From contig CAVVXH010000001.1 in NCBI GenBank assembly GCA_963752155.1, positions 32,001-96,000 on the forward strand: a stretch of 64,000 nt of DNA. The letters run 5' to 3'. This stretch comes from an uncultured Parachlamydiaceae bacterium. Its GTDB lineage: Bacteria > Chlamydiota > Chlamydiia > Chlamydiales > Parachlamydiaceae. How positions within the stretch are numbered: the first letter of the stretch is position 1; each line of letters begins with the position of its first letter. The notes beneath the pieces were generated by a model that saw only the letters and a program-made list of their open reading frames with translations, made no database searches and was not told the DNA's origin. A program made the translations under genes and the position numbers. This document shows positions 56,301-64,000 of this stretch, in pieces.

Positions 56301-56442
56301 TTATCAAATTACACTTATGAATCCACGCCATGTTTGTAGAGGGAATTGTCAAACAGAGTTAGATGGAGTGGTTCTAAAAGGCGATGAAATTCATTTGGTC
56401 GATGATGGAAGGACACATAGTATAGTTGTAACAATACTCTAA
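47365..56442 (+). CDS. ndvB: Cyclic beta-1,2-glucan synthase (Cgs/NdvB/ChvB: GT84 + glucoamylase-like + GH94)
   Basis: AEWLLDN, GWERKRGK, TLDSDT, SHDLLEG, RWMRGDWQ, LPPDNYQ, YYDLLASEAR, YQSSGAYGYRDQLQD, GDWNDGMN, RENGGQYTH. Confidence 0.93.
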   Translation: MKKQLNTALAFYQHAHTAHSVFQKLKKHGFRSVLTIQNTSEGYVCTKGYDYSKTFIASIFAIAIAFIGGIFFAPKFDYLWVPLLIILGILSICFVYLHRKNIIKNNLINRYKSCVLRDETLLLVQIRDKDVRQVLNILRLVESNHPTSFLLRYEPKIRFERDQEFIKEPLTLDNLQEQAKQLAKSFKKVNYKKTPGHPLKTRLLDSSRILHDIRHNVAEAKHIEQSVTLSAEWLLDNTYIIQGNIEEVNRGLPINYYRQLPKLEESEFAKLPRVYAIASKLIEYTANALTKDNIIAFLNSYMVIDHLTIGELWALPLMLRLCLIERMKSLAIHLDRRLREGELASYWGNRLLNAAQREPEYLDSFIKHLNACEPHPSPYFAEELIEHLYDEDNVLSLVKKWIEEKLSANVHEIMQKEQMQQTKDEVAFSSAVISIIVLSQLSWKEIFETVSPVDQILKKDPTGIYSKMDFVTRDSYRHSLETVARRSKHSESEIADDLLKMAENGTDEVTRHVGYYLVDDGRPKLEASLSCCPTYSQRFRRWLNAHPTLVYLGSIGLLTVLIECYLFRLSAETSIQRFIFLFLAFIPISEISIQLINMLLPSVLPPFILPKMSFDKGIPEDHKTLVIIPTLLSSPESIQEILHLLEVHYLGNQDPALKFGLFFDYTDAPKETMDEDASLFDIAVKGMKNLEDKYGPKIFFLFLRRRTWNPHESAWIGWERKRGKLESLNRFLTENSYSEPILVHGQREDLKNVRYVITLDSDTQLPKDKAKQLIETIAHPLNSPHVSTENTIRRGYTIIQPKVCTDFLQAQHTWFSRIFADVIGLDPYAQTSSNVYQDLTREGIYHGKCIYDVRTFNQILSKRFPEEHLLSHDLLEGNYVRVGYASDISLYDQFPETYLSWSKRQHRWMRGDWQIIDWLFSKVPDSTSQKKTNPLSLINRWKIFDNLRRALFAPAIFILIVVSLLFSVLPSPWILLSYLAIFIPALNGFVMNVVNYFKSRTISWKEIFNGFARSITQISLLPYEAKNSLDAFIRVIYRRNFSHAKLLEWSMGNNGGSHVEHRRFIKRLGIISLLALALAFGTYYLHPASLIWALPICVLWFLSPLIVSFLDDTALCMDQYQKKISNTDRLWLRKVGRKTWRFFDDFVGPQTNWLPPDNYQSDLLVEVAQRTSTTNIGLWLLSVISAHDLNYITYDDAIDRLQGTFETIKKLEVHEGHLLNWYDTHSLAPLRPRYVSSVDNGNLLACLWTLEQSLHQLLESPVIPRSFFYGFQDTYELLCEKKNSRLPNDKLLRLKTLFYSKPSKLSHAIKTIKESSMLVSELLNTSQISEEQTYWLNQLEKQLQSWLQCYQRYLEWVEILEDAPQDKMDTIDQFSNLVQKAMQFIPSLSQIASGSLFVEIHQYLDSLQNVQPEVKGWMNKLKEAMHKAQWLAGEKLDQSQQIIQETIRISQTTNMEFLYNKDRKLLSIGYHVEDCKLDASYYDLLASEARVASLISIAKGDLPLEHWWSLGRPYRSVDGMKVLVSWGGTMFEYLMPALFMKQYPDSLLGNACTNAVKCQINYGNKRGIPWGISESAFSEIDARKTYQYRSFGVPDLGFKRGLENDLVVSPYSSALALIVNPTAAIRNLQKLSTGSLDLYDAYGYYESIDFAREHGPHGERGIIAYAYMAHHQGMSLIAINNVLNDHPMVNRFHEDPRISGVQSLLYERIPFNPPITRGYRKEPPPARVIPFSALPIMGVVDTPHTIVPKINLLANGEYSIMLTNTGGGYSKWRNIDITRWYADTTCDKWGSFCYIKDLETGKYWSSTYQPTYASSKKFSVRFKSDKVEFHRRDNLIETTTEIAVSPQDNAEVRLMTLANLSKKTIYLELTSYSELALAPHNTDRSHPCFNKFFIQTEAIPLLSGILAFRRLRSADDQPIYAAHIVTSDQSTQNSLQYETDRTLFIGRGNTLSNPDALNKNLNNSEGYVLDPIFSLRRHIVLKPGERAQVSFITAVADDRDQIIELMKKYGDIKSTHRALEMAWTHAQLQMRHLRIHQDETQLFQKLASYILYPHRQLRLSSDRLCKNRLSQSRLWAYGISGDLPIIAVTVADIHELELVKQVLLAHSFWRLRGLKVDLVLLNEEAESYEHPLFAHLQNIIYSNAYGSDIGQPGGIFLLNCDQMPEEDVVLILATARANLIAARGFLRQHLISPVETITYPSRLVIKNKIQDEPSRSLPFLELPYFNGLGGFTPDGREYVIHLDSNKHTPAPWINVISNPQFGTLVSESGLGSTWYGNSQTNRLTAWSNDPLLNPITDTIYIRDDELGTYWTSTPSPIRELDPYRIRHGQGYSRIEHNSHGIEQDLLVFVPVDESGGLPLRIQRLHLFNNTPRSRILSIFPYVEPVLGTNKEETQMHLITEWDLESQALFVYNHFNPDFCDHAAFVCSNLPITSYTGSRSEFIGRNHHAANPAALKRKSLSKTCGGGLDPCAALHVGLELKPGEHTEIIFVLGYTSEMDKARKLISLCKDSNWIESTFQQTLAYWDGILGTLKIESPDLFINFALNRWLVYQDLSCRIWGRTAFYQSSGAYGYRDQLQDVMALLYTKPQIAREQIVRAASRQFVEGDVQHWWLPPTNGGVRTHISDDFLWLPYVVAQYVRITDDQSILEENIAFIKGELLKKDQHDAFFIPELSSETGTVLEHCRRAIQRSLASTGPRGLPLIGSGDWNDGMNNVGIGGKGESVWLGWFLIHVLNDFAYLLDKTGQPDAGKGYLEQAKKLAEIIEETSWDGQWYIRAYFDDGTPIGSKSNEEDFIDSIAQSWSIMSGAANLERASIALKSVEEHLIRYKERLVLLMTPAFDKTPLDPGYIKGYPPGVRENGGQYTHGSIWTALAFARMGEGDKAVEILRMMHPVMHTQTMEDVERYKAEPYVSIGDVYALEGKMGRGGWSWYTGSTAWMYRIWLEEIIGFQLRGKVLRLQPTLPKDWESLKLTYRYLSSNYQITLMNPRHVCRGNCQTELDGVVLKGDEIHLVDDGRTHSIVVTIL

Positions 56443-58130
56443 AATTTGTAGACATAACAAGCTTCTTGATCATTTTCCAAACAATAGTACTCTAAATATT
56501 TAATTGAAGGAAAATTCTTTATAATGTTTACCTCTTCTTCTTTAGTCCCATCGTTTCCAGAGCTAAATATTGTAAGAAACCTAAGATTGTACAATTTACT
56601 TAAAGATGAAATTTCCACTGTCGAATTAATATCGCAGGTCAATTTTACTAGTTTTGGAAAACGTAAACTAAGTTGCTGATATCCATCGATAGTTAGAACT
56701 GTATTCGTAAAGTCAAGTTCTCGAAGATTTGGATAAGATTGAACTGTATTATTCCATTCTAAAAATTTCACATTGGTTTCAATTATTTTTAATTTTTTCA
56801 ATTCAATACAACGGTCTAATAGGGTACTCATTTCAAAGTCGGTTACATCCTGTCGGTCACAGAATTGGAGAAATTTAATGTTGGTAAATTCTAATTTTTG
56901 CAAAGGAAGTGAAATAGGGAGGACTATTTCTTCAAGTGTAAGTGGACAGAATACAGTTGGTCTGATGGAAAGTGAAGTTAAAGAATTTAATTTCTTTAAA
57001 AGATGAATGAGATGGCTGACTCGTATAAATGGTTGTTTATCGCACGATAATTTTTGAAGATGATGAAAACAAGTGGTTATTTTTTTGAAATTCTCTAAGT
57101 TAATGCTGTTGTGAATATGGGTAATGTCAAGGCTAGTTATATTTGGGTAAATTTTTCTATCTGTTAAATTAAAAAATAGGCAAGTATTGGAAAGTTTTAC
57201 AGTTTGTAACTTCTGACAATGATCCAAAATTATTTCTAATTTTTCGTCATTGAGAGATATATTATTGCTCAGATTAAGTTCTTCAATATTGTTGTATTTA
57301 TCCATTTTATTCTTTTTTAAAAAAAACAATGGAATAGGAGCTTGAGATAAATCTAAAATTTTCAATTCAACAAGAGAATGACTCATAGCTTCGAATATTT
57401 TATTTGGATTAAAGCTATAATGATTAAAGGTCATGTTAGGAGGGGTCATAGACATTTTAATTGAATTAACCTTTGGAAAACAGGTGCCTATGGCGCTCAT
57501 AGCATCGTCTGTGAAAACTCCTATGGAATCAACAATCAAGTGTTTTACTGAATTGCAAACTAATCCGGTTTCTTTTAGATCTGTCAATGAATATTCTGAA
57601 GAAAGCTTAGGTGGCAATCGCAATAAATTGAGATTATTACATTTTAAAATAAGATCATATATTTTATTATCTTTATCGAGAAAACGAAGATCCATCTGAT
57701 TTTCGGTTGAAATATTTTTATCTATAAAATTTAAAGATGTAATTTGTTTTTGATTGTTTTTAATGCAGTTTATTAATTTTTCTTCATTAAATAGAACATC
57801 TAATGGAATGCAATTCATATTTATATATGTCATTAAAAATTTATCTGTGTTAATTATTTGAAACCATTCGTTGCATACTAGCTGACAATTTAAAATTTTT
57901 ATATGTGTTTTAAATCCTCGATGAATGAGTTTAGGATGTTTTTCATTACCGTTTGATTGATGTTCTATGAGTTTAAAGAAAATATTATAAATTAAATCCT
58001 GAGGAAGGGCTGCTAGAGGAGAAAGAGATTCATTTGCAATCGAAGTTTGTGTATGGTAAGAATCAATTTTTTGTTTTTTTTCTAGTGGTTCTAATTCCGG
58101 TGAAAATAGGATTCCTCCAGTTCTTTTCAT
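56439..58130 (-). CDS. F-box + LRR protein, candidate effector
   Basis: LAALPQDLIYNIF..CQLVCNEW F-box; multiple LxxLxLS repeats. Confidence 0.8.
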   Translation of the reverse strand: MKRTGGILFSPELEPLEKKQKIDSYHTQTSIANESLSPLAALPQDLIYNIFFKLIEHQSNGNEKHPKLIHRGFKTHIKILNCQLVCNEWFQIINTDKFLMTYINMNCIPLDVLFNEEKLINCIKNNQKQITSLNFIDKNISTENQMDLRFLDKDNKIYDLILKCNNLNLLRLPPKLSSEYSLTDLKETGLVCNSVKHLIVDSIGVFTDDAMSAIGTCFPKVNSIKMSMTPPNMTFNHYSFNPNKIFEAMSHSLVELKILDLSQAPIPLFFLKKNKMDKYNNIEELNLSNNISLNDEKLEIILDHCQKLQTVKLSNTCLFFNLTDRKIYPNITSLDITHIHNSINLENFKKITTCFHHLQKLSCDKQPFIRVSHLIHLLKKLNSLTSLSIRPTVFCPLTLEEIVLPISLPLQKLEFTNIKFLQFCDRQDVTDFEMSTLLDRCIELKKLKIIETNVKFLEWNNTVQSYPNLRELDFTNTVLTIDGYQQLSLRFPKLVKLTCDINSTVEISSLSKLYNLRFLTIFSSGNDGTKEEEVNIIKNFPSIKYLEYYCLENDQEACYVYKF

Positions 58131-58342
58131 AATTAAACTCCTGTATTATATGAATGAGTCTATTCTCTCGAATTTGTTTATTTAAAGCAATAATAATTAA
58201 ATGAAAAAAAAGATAAGAACTAAAAATAATCGACCAAGAAAGATTTAGATATTTTGCGATTTTTTTGGAAAAAATGCTATCGCAAATGGCATTTTTCATG
58301 TTAAAATGCAATTTAAGATAGCAGATTGAAGGATGAGTTTTG

Positions 58343-59494
58343 ATGAAGTATATTGCACGGGCTATAATCCCGCCAAAAGGGAGTTATTTTTTACTTGGTC
58401 CTCGAGGGACGGGCAAATCCACTTAGCTTTTACACCATTATCCAAATGCAGCTCGCATAGACTTATTGCTTGGAGAAGAAGAACGGCGCTACAGTAGCTA
58501 TCCCGAAAAAATTCGAAATATTGTGCAGGCAATGTCGCCAGGATCTGTGCTCGTCATCGACGAAATCCAACACGTGCCTCGTTTACTTCCAGAAATCCAT
58601 GCGTTAATTGAACAAAATACTCAGATTCAGTTTATTTTAACGGGTAGCAGTGCAAGAAAATTACGTCGCTCGGTCAGTGATCTTCTTGGTGGTAGAGCTT
58701 TGCTGCGCCAAATGGACCCTTTTCTTGCTTCGGAACTTGGTCATGAATTTTCTCTTGAAAGAGCTTTGCGCATTGGACTAATTCCTTTAATTTGGGAATC
58801 AACAGATCCCGAAGAAAGACTGCGCCATTATCTTCACTTATATTTGCGCGAAGAGGTCCAAGCTGAGGGATTGGTGCGTCAAATGGGTGATTTTTCTCGC
58901 TTTTTAGAAATTGCAAGTTTTTCTTATGGATCATTGTGGACCTCTACTGAAATTAGCCGAGATTGTCAAGTCAAACGTGCAACCGTCGATAATTATTTTA
59001 ATATACTTGAAGATCTTTTTTTGGCTTTTTCTCTTCCTGTGTTCACTCGTAGAGCTAAGCGTCGACTGATTGCACATCAAAAGTTTTATTTTTTCGATGT
59101 CGGTGTATATCGCGTTTTAAGGCCTCGTGGTGTTTTGGATAGCATGCAAGAAATTGAAGGTATGGCTTTAGAAGGCCTCGTAGCGCAACATTTGCGCACT
59201 TGGACTTCTATGCAACAAGAAACTCACTCCCTTTCTTTTTGGCGCACACAATCTAAGCTTGAAGTAGATTTTGTAATTTATGGCCCAAGGGGTTTTTGGG
59301 CAATTGAAGTTAAGCGTTCTACAAATATTTCTCTAAGCGATATTAAAGGGCTCTTAGCTTTTAAAGAAGAGTATCCTGAAGCTACCTGTTTCATTGTTGC
59401 TCCTGTAAAATTGCGGGAAGTATATCGAGATATTTTAGTTTTGCCGCTTGAAGAGTTTTTGCTTTCCCTTAGGCCTGAAAATACGCTTATTTAA
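58343..59494 (+). pseudogene. AAA_14 + DUF4143 ATPase with in-frame TAG at 58424-58426
   Basis: MKYIAR..FLLGPRGTGKST*LLHHYP..IDEIQ..LTGSSAR..KFYFFDVG..EVDFV..AIEVK. Confidence 0.85.
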
Positions 59495-59511
59495 TACCAA
59501 GCACAATCATC

Positions 59512-60791
59512 CAGAAAATTGCAGTAGAACAAGCTCAAAGTGCCCTGTGAGTTCGATATGTAGACGTAATCAACTATACAACGATAAGAACGATAAAGAC
59601 GATAGGAACGATAAGAACGATAAGAACGATTGGAACGATAAGAACGATTGGAACGATAAGAACGATTGGAACGATAAGAACGATTGGAACGATAAGAACG
59701 ATTGGAACGATAAGAACGATTGGAACGATAAGAACGATTGGAACGATAAGAACGATTGGAACGATAAGAACGATTGGAACGATAAGAACGATTGGAACGA
59801 TAAGAACGATAAGAACGATAGGAACGATAAGAACGATAAGAACGATAAGAACGATAGGAACGATAGGAACGATAGGAACGATAAGAACGATAGGAACGAT
59901 AAGAACGATAAGAACGATAAAAACGATAAGAACGTTAAGAACGATAGGAACGATAAGAACGATAAGAACGATAAGAACGATAGGAACGATAGGAACGATA
60001 AGAATGATAAGAACGATAAAAACGATAAAAACGATAGGAACGATAGGAACGATAAAAATTATAATTGAAGAAGGTGGTGACATCATTGAACATTTAGTCA
60101 TCGAAGATATCGAGACTGTCTATTTTTTTGGGAGTGTCTAGAATTTTGTGTAAATAAATCTTGAAGAGAGATGTAAAGCATCTCTCTTTTCAGATTATTT
60201 ACACAGGCCCTCCCAAGGCAAAGCGATATCTTGAGGGATGCCCCATGGGAGCAGGGTCCTTCGGAGAGGCATCCCTCAAGATATCGCTTTCTCAAAGTAG
60301 CACTCCCTTCGGGAGGCTGGCCCCCCTTCCAGAGACTCTCCCGAAGGGAAGGAGGGCTCTTCAACTTTCTTCAATTATCGTTCCTATCGTTCCTATCGTT
60401 TTTATCGTTCTTATCGTTTTTTATCGTTTTTATCGTTCTTATCGTTCTTATCGTTCTTATCGTTCTTATCGTTCTTATCGTTCTTATCGTTCTTATCGTT
60501 TTTATCGTTCCTATCGTTCCTATCGTTTTTATCGTTCTTATCGTTTTTATCGTTCCTATCGTTCCTATCGTTTTTATCGTTCCAATCGTTCTTATCGTTC
60601 CTATCGTTCTTATCGTTCCTATATCGTTCTTATCGTTTTTATCGTCTATACCGTTGATCTACAGTAGCAACAGAACGTGTCAAGCTGTGAACATCAATGA
60701 AATTGCAGTAAAACAAGCTCAAAGTATCCTGTGAGTTGGATATGTAGACGTGATCAACGATAAAAACGATAAAAATTAGCGGGAATTGCTG
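59512..60791. repeat. Giant fold-back element 2: DR - (AACGAT AAG/AGG/TGG)x~53 - structured core - inverted array x~30 - DR
   Basis: Forward array 59580-60062, core ~60063-60374, reverse array ~60375-60645, 59-bp direct repeats 59516-59574 and 60700-60758; ends in a family C MITE terminus. Confidence 0.95.
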
Positions 60792-60838
60792 ACAATCTTC
60801 TTGCGATTTTTTTTGTCAATACGGTATTCTCAAGCTTC

Positions 60839-60912
60839 GTTCTCGTAGCTCAGTAGGATAGAGCGGTTGCCTCCTAAGCAGCAGGTCGCGCGTTCGAATC
60901 GCGCCGAGGACA
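60839..60912 (+). tRNA. tRNA-Arg (CCT)
   Basis: Acceptor GTTCTCG/CGAGGAC, D arm AGCTCAGTAGGATAGAGC, anticodon loop CT-CCT-AA, T arm GTTCGAATC. Confidence 0.95.
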
Positions 60913-60969
60913 ATTTTATGACCGAGCCTGCTATAAAATTTGAAAAAACAAAACCTTTAGAGATTTTAT

Positions 60970-61137
60970 ATGTTTAAAAAGTTTTCCCCCTTCTTATTAT
61001 TCATCATTGTTGCTTGTTCCTGTTGCGGATGCTACCGCATGCCAACAGAAGACGACTACTCATTAGTCCCTACAACAAATAATCCCGATATCACCAAACA
61101 ACGCCCAGATTCAAATATGCCTAAATTAGCTTATTGA
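60970..61137 (+). CDS. Small (55 aa) predicted lipoprotein
   Basis: MFKKFSPFLLFIIVACSCCGCYRMPTEDDYSLVPTTNNPDITKQRPDSNMPKLAY; signal peptide + Cys; below ORF-track cutoff. Confidence 0.65.
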   Translation: MFKKFSPFLLFIIVACSCCGCYRMPTEDDYSLVPTTNNPDITKQRPDSNMPKLAY

Positions 61138-61197
61138 CTTTTAAAGTTCCTAGATGCAATGAGTTGTATAAGGGAAGTTAATTTATAAGGAGAAATT

Positions 61198-62659
61198 ATG
61201 AGCTTGCAACCGGAAGCAGATATCGGTTTAATTGGCCTCGCAGTGATGGGACAGAATCTTGCTCTCAATATGAACGATCATGGCTTTAAAGTCGCTGTAT
61301 TTAATCGTACGGTTTCGAAGGTAGATGACTTTATTCAAGGTCCTGCCAAAGGTTCTAAAATTATCGGAACTAAATCGATTGAAGAATTCATAAAGTCTCT
61401 GAAGTCACCTCGTCGAATTATGTTGATGGTCAAGGCTGGAGCTGCCGTAGATGAATTCATAGACCATTGTTTGCCTTACCTTTCTCCAGGAGATATCTTA
61501 ATCGATGGCGGCAATAGCCTTTTTACAGACACCACACGACGTTGTAACGATCTTAAAGCCAAAGGACTTATTTTCATTGGTACCGGTATATCTGGAGGTG
61601 AAGAGGGGGCCAGACATGGTCCTTCGATTATGCCAGGAGGCAATCCCGACGGTTGGCCACACGTCAAAGAGATCTTTCAGGGAATCGCGGCAAAAGTCGA
61701 TAACAATGAACCGTGTTGTGACTGGGTTGGAGATGAGGGCGCGGGACACTATGTTAAAATGGTGCATAATGGGATTGAATATGGAGATATGCAATTGATT
61801 TGTGAAGCCTATGATCTCCTTAAAACTGGTCTAGGATTGTCAGCTCCTGAGTTACACGATATATTTACCGAATGGAATAAGAAAGAACTGGATAGCTATT
61901 TAATTGAAATCACATCCCATATCTTTGCGTTTAAAGATGAAGATGGAACTCCTCTTCTGGATAAGATATTGGACGTTGCGGGCCAAAAAGGGGACTGGAA
62001 AGTGGACTGTGATCAACGGATTGGATCTTGGAATTCCTTTAACGCTTATCAGTGAAGCAGTATTTGCGCGCAGTTTATCTGCGCTTAAAGATGAACGGGT
62101 GGCTGCCAGCAAAATTTTAAAGGGACCTAAACCTTCTTATCAAGGTAATCGACAAGAAATGATCGAAAACATCAAACAAGCCCTCTATGCCTCAAAAATC
62201 ATCAGCTATGCTCAAGGGTTTATGCTGATGCAAAATGCAGCTAAAGACTACAAGTGGAGGCTGAATTATGGAGGTATAGCTCTGATGTGGCGAGGAGGAT
62301 GTATCATTCGTAGTAAGTTTCTAGGGAAAATTAAGGAAGCTTTTGAACGAAACGGCAATCTTCAGAATCTTCTCCTTGATGATTATTTTACTCAGCAAAT
62401 TAATAACGCACAATCAGGCTGGCGTAAAGCTGTGGCTGCAGCTGCGGAAATGGGAATCCCTACCCCATGCTTTAGTACAGCTCTAGCGTTTTACGATGGC
62501 TATCGTACGGGTAGATTGCCGGCTAATTTATTGCAAGCGCAACGCGATTATTTTGGCGCACATACCTATGAACGGATCGATCGACCACGAGGGGAATTCC
62601 ACCATACGAATTGGACCGGCACCGGCGGAAAAGTCAGCTCGACAGCTTATTCTGTCTAA
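61198..62659 (+). CDS. gnd: 6-phosphogluconate dehydrogenase (copy 2; 1-bp frameshift at ~61990)
   Basis: [34 protein letters not shown] split at A/G homopolymer; [12 protein letters not shown]. Confidence 0.93.
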
Positions 62660-62662
62660 AGA

Positions 62663-63469
62663 ATGGAATATTTTTGTTTTGTTCTGAAGCCCAGTGTTTC
62701 AATTGAAAATGTTTGGGAGGTTCTCTATCAAGCAGGATTTCAGCTGCTTTATAGCAGTGAAGAATCTAGTGGAGAAAAATGTATTTATGGCTATCCTCCT
62801 GAACGACTTTTAAAATCCAGCTTATTGCAAACATTTCATCAGATAGATTCATTTCACAAAATACAGTTTGATGAGGTTGATTGGGGTGAACAATGGGGGA
62901 GCAAGGGCTCTTCCATCTATTTTGACTTAGAAGAATATTCTGGGAAGAAAGTTGGTTTTTTGATGGATCCGGGGCCAGGTTTTGGCGATTTGTCTCATCC
63001 GACAACAAGATTGACTCTACGCATGATGGCACCGTTAGTCGCTGATAAGTTTGTCATAGATTTAGGGTGCGGTAGTGGAGTTTTGAGTTTAGCGGCTATT
63101 CAGTTAGGTGCGGCAGGAGTTTGTGGTATCGACATTGATTTAGAGGCTTTGGAACACGCAAAAAAAAATGCCGTTTTGAATAACTTTTCAAGAGAAATTA
63201 GCTTTCAATTACCGACAGATCCTTTAGAAATTCCATCAAGCATACCTGTTTTATTAGTGATGAACATGATCTATAAAGAGCAAGAACAGGCGTGGAATTC
63301 TCTTCCTCAGCTTCATTCATTAAAAATGGATTGTATAACTTCAGGTGTGTTAAAACAACAGAAGAAGTTATATTTAGAACTAACCCAAAGATGGGGATGG
63401 TTATTTAAAGATTCTTATTTTGAAGATAAATGGTGTGGTTTTCATTTTATAACTTTGCTTAACACGTAA
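62663..63469 (+). CDS. prmA: Ribosomal protein L11 methyltransferase-like
   Basis: DPGPGFGD..HPTT, IDLGCGSGVL, GIDID. Confidence 0.85.
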   Translation: MEYFCFVLKPSVSIENVWEVLYQAGFQLLYSSEESSGEKCIYGYPPERLLKSSLLQTFHQIDSFHKIQFDEVDWGEQWGSKGSSIYFDLEEYSGKKVGFLMDPGPGFGDLSHPTTRLTLRMMAPLVADKFVIDLGCGSGVLSLAAIQLGAAGVCGIDIDLEALEHAKKNAVLNNFSREISFQLPTDPLEIPSSIPVLLVMNMIYKEQEQAWNSLPQLHSLKMDCITSGVLKQQKKLYLELTQRWGWLFKDSYFEDKWCGFHFITLLNT

Positions 63470-63495
63470 TCTTTCATCGGAGGAAATAAATTGTT

Positions 63496-64000
63496 TTAAA
63501 TGATACTATTGTAATTTGTCCAATATTCAGGTAAAATCCCGGCATTTGTATTTAAAATTGCTTTTCTAGCAATGATATTGGACCAAATTTCAGGATCACC
63601 TTTTGAATAATAAACAATTTTATCTTTTAAATTACATGTATGAAGGTTAGTTATATGGAGAGCCACAAATATTCGAGGCAATAACTTCATATTTTTTGTC
63701 GCCAACTTCAAAGCCCCCAATTTTAGCAAAAGTATTTCTGAACATATCAGATAAATTTACTTTTGTTACTTGTGTTGATGTATTAAGTAATTTAGTCAAA
63801 ACAAAACTTGCGCAATTAAAGAAGATTCTACTAATTAACATTAACCCATTTAAATTTTTATCAATTTTTTCTTTTTTAAATTTTGCATAATCATTCAGTT
63901 GACAATTCGCATGCCAAATAGCTTGTTGCAAATTTTTGAGTTGAAGAATTGTGACTGGCTGAGTATTTTCAAGTAAAGCTATCCTATTTCGATAAATATC
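63496..64000 (-). CDS. 3' end of a hypothetical gene (fragmented, entering from beyond window)
   Basis: Overlapping minus-strand ORFs 63647-63931 and 63496-63729. Confidence 0.35.

Noticed and set aside
58424..58426. Stop-codon reassignment (TAG here, TAA at 11489)
   Set aside because: Different codons at positions expected to encode different residues; TAA and TAG terminate normal genes here. Point mutation or error is more likely.
59448..60734. Poly-NDK/LIV/YRS ORFs over array 2
   Set aside because: Same artefact of the repeat unit.
60839..60912. tRNA-anchored genomic island
   Set aside because: No integrase and no duplicated tRNA 3' end seen in the window.

Overview
AT-rich chromosomal segment most consistent with an environmental chlamydia (Parachlamydiales-like). 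This is inferred from the ftsW-murG-murC-ftsQ fragment, Rsm22/RluB/Hsp70-DUF3731 neighbourhood and eukaryote-like F-box/LRR, ankyrin and USP proteins. It carries housekeeping genes (ftsW, murG, murC, rluB, ald, RNase II-like, two gnd, prmA, tRNA-Arg CCT), two adjacent toxin-antitoxin modules and a 3 kaa cyclic beta-1,2-glucan synthase. An IS607/TnpB element cleanly splits an LRR gene. Many 1-bp frameshifts in conserved genes suggest long-read indel errors. The most striking content is non-coding. There are two ~1 kb giant fold-back elements made of convergent 9-bp tandem arrays (AACGATAAG/AACGATAGG) around a conserved hairpin-rich core, each bracketed by 60-70 bp direct repeats. A related 9-mer family flanks a four-helix-bundle gene. 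At least four other palindromic/MITE families are present, including one inserted in (near-)frame in an Hsp70-like gene.
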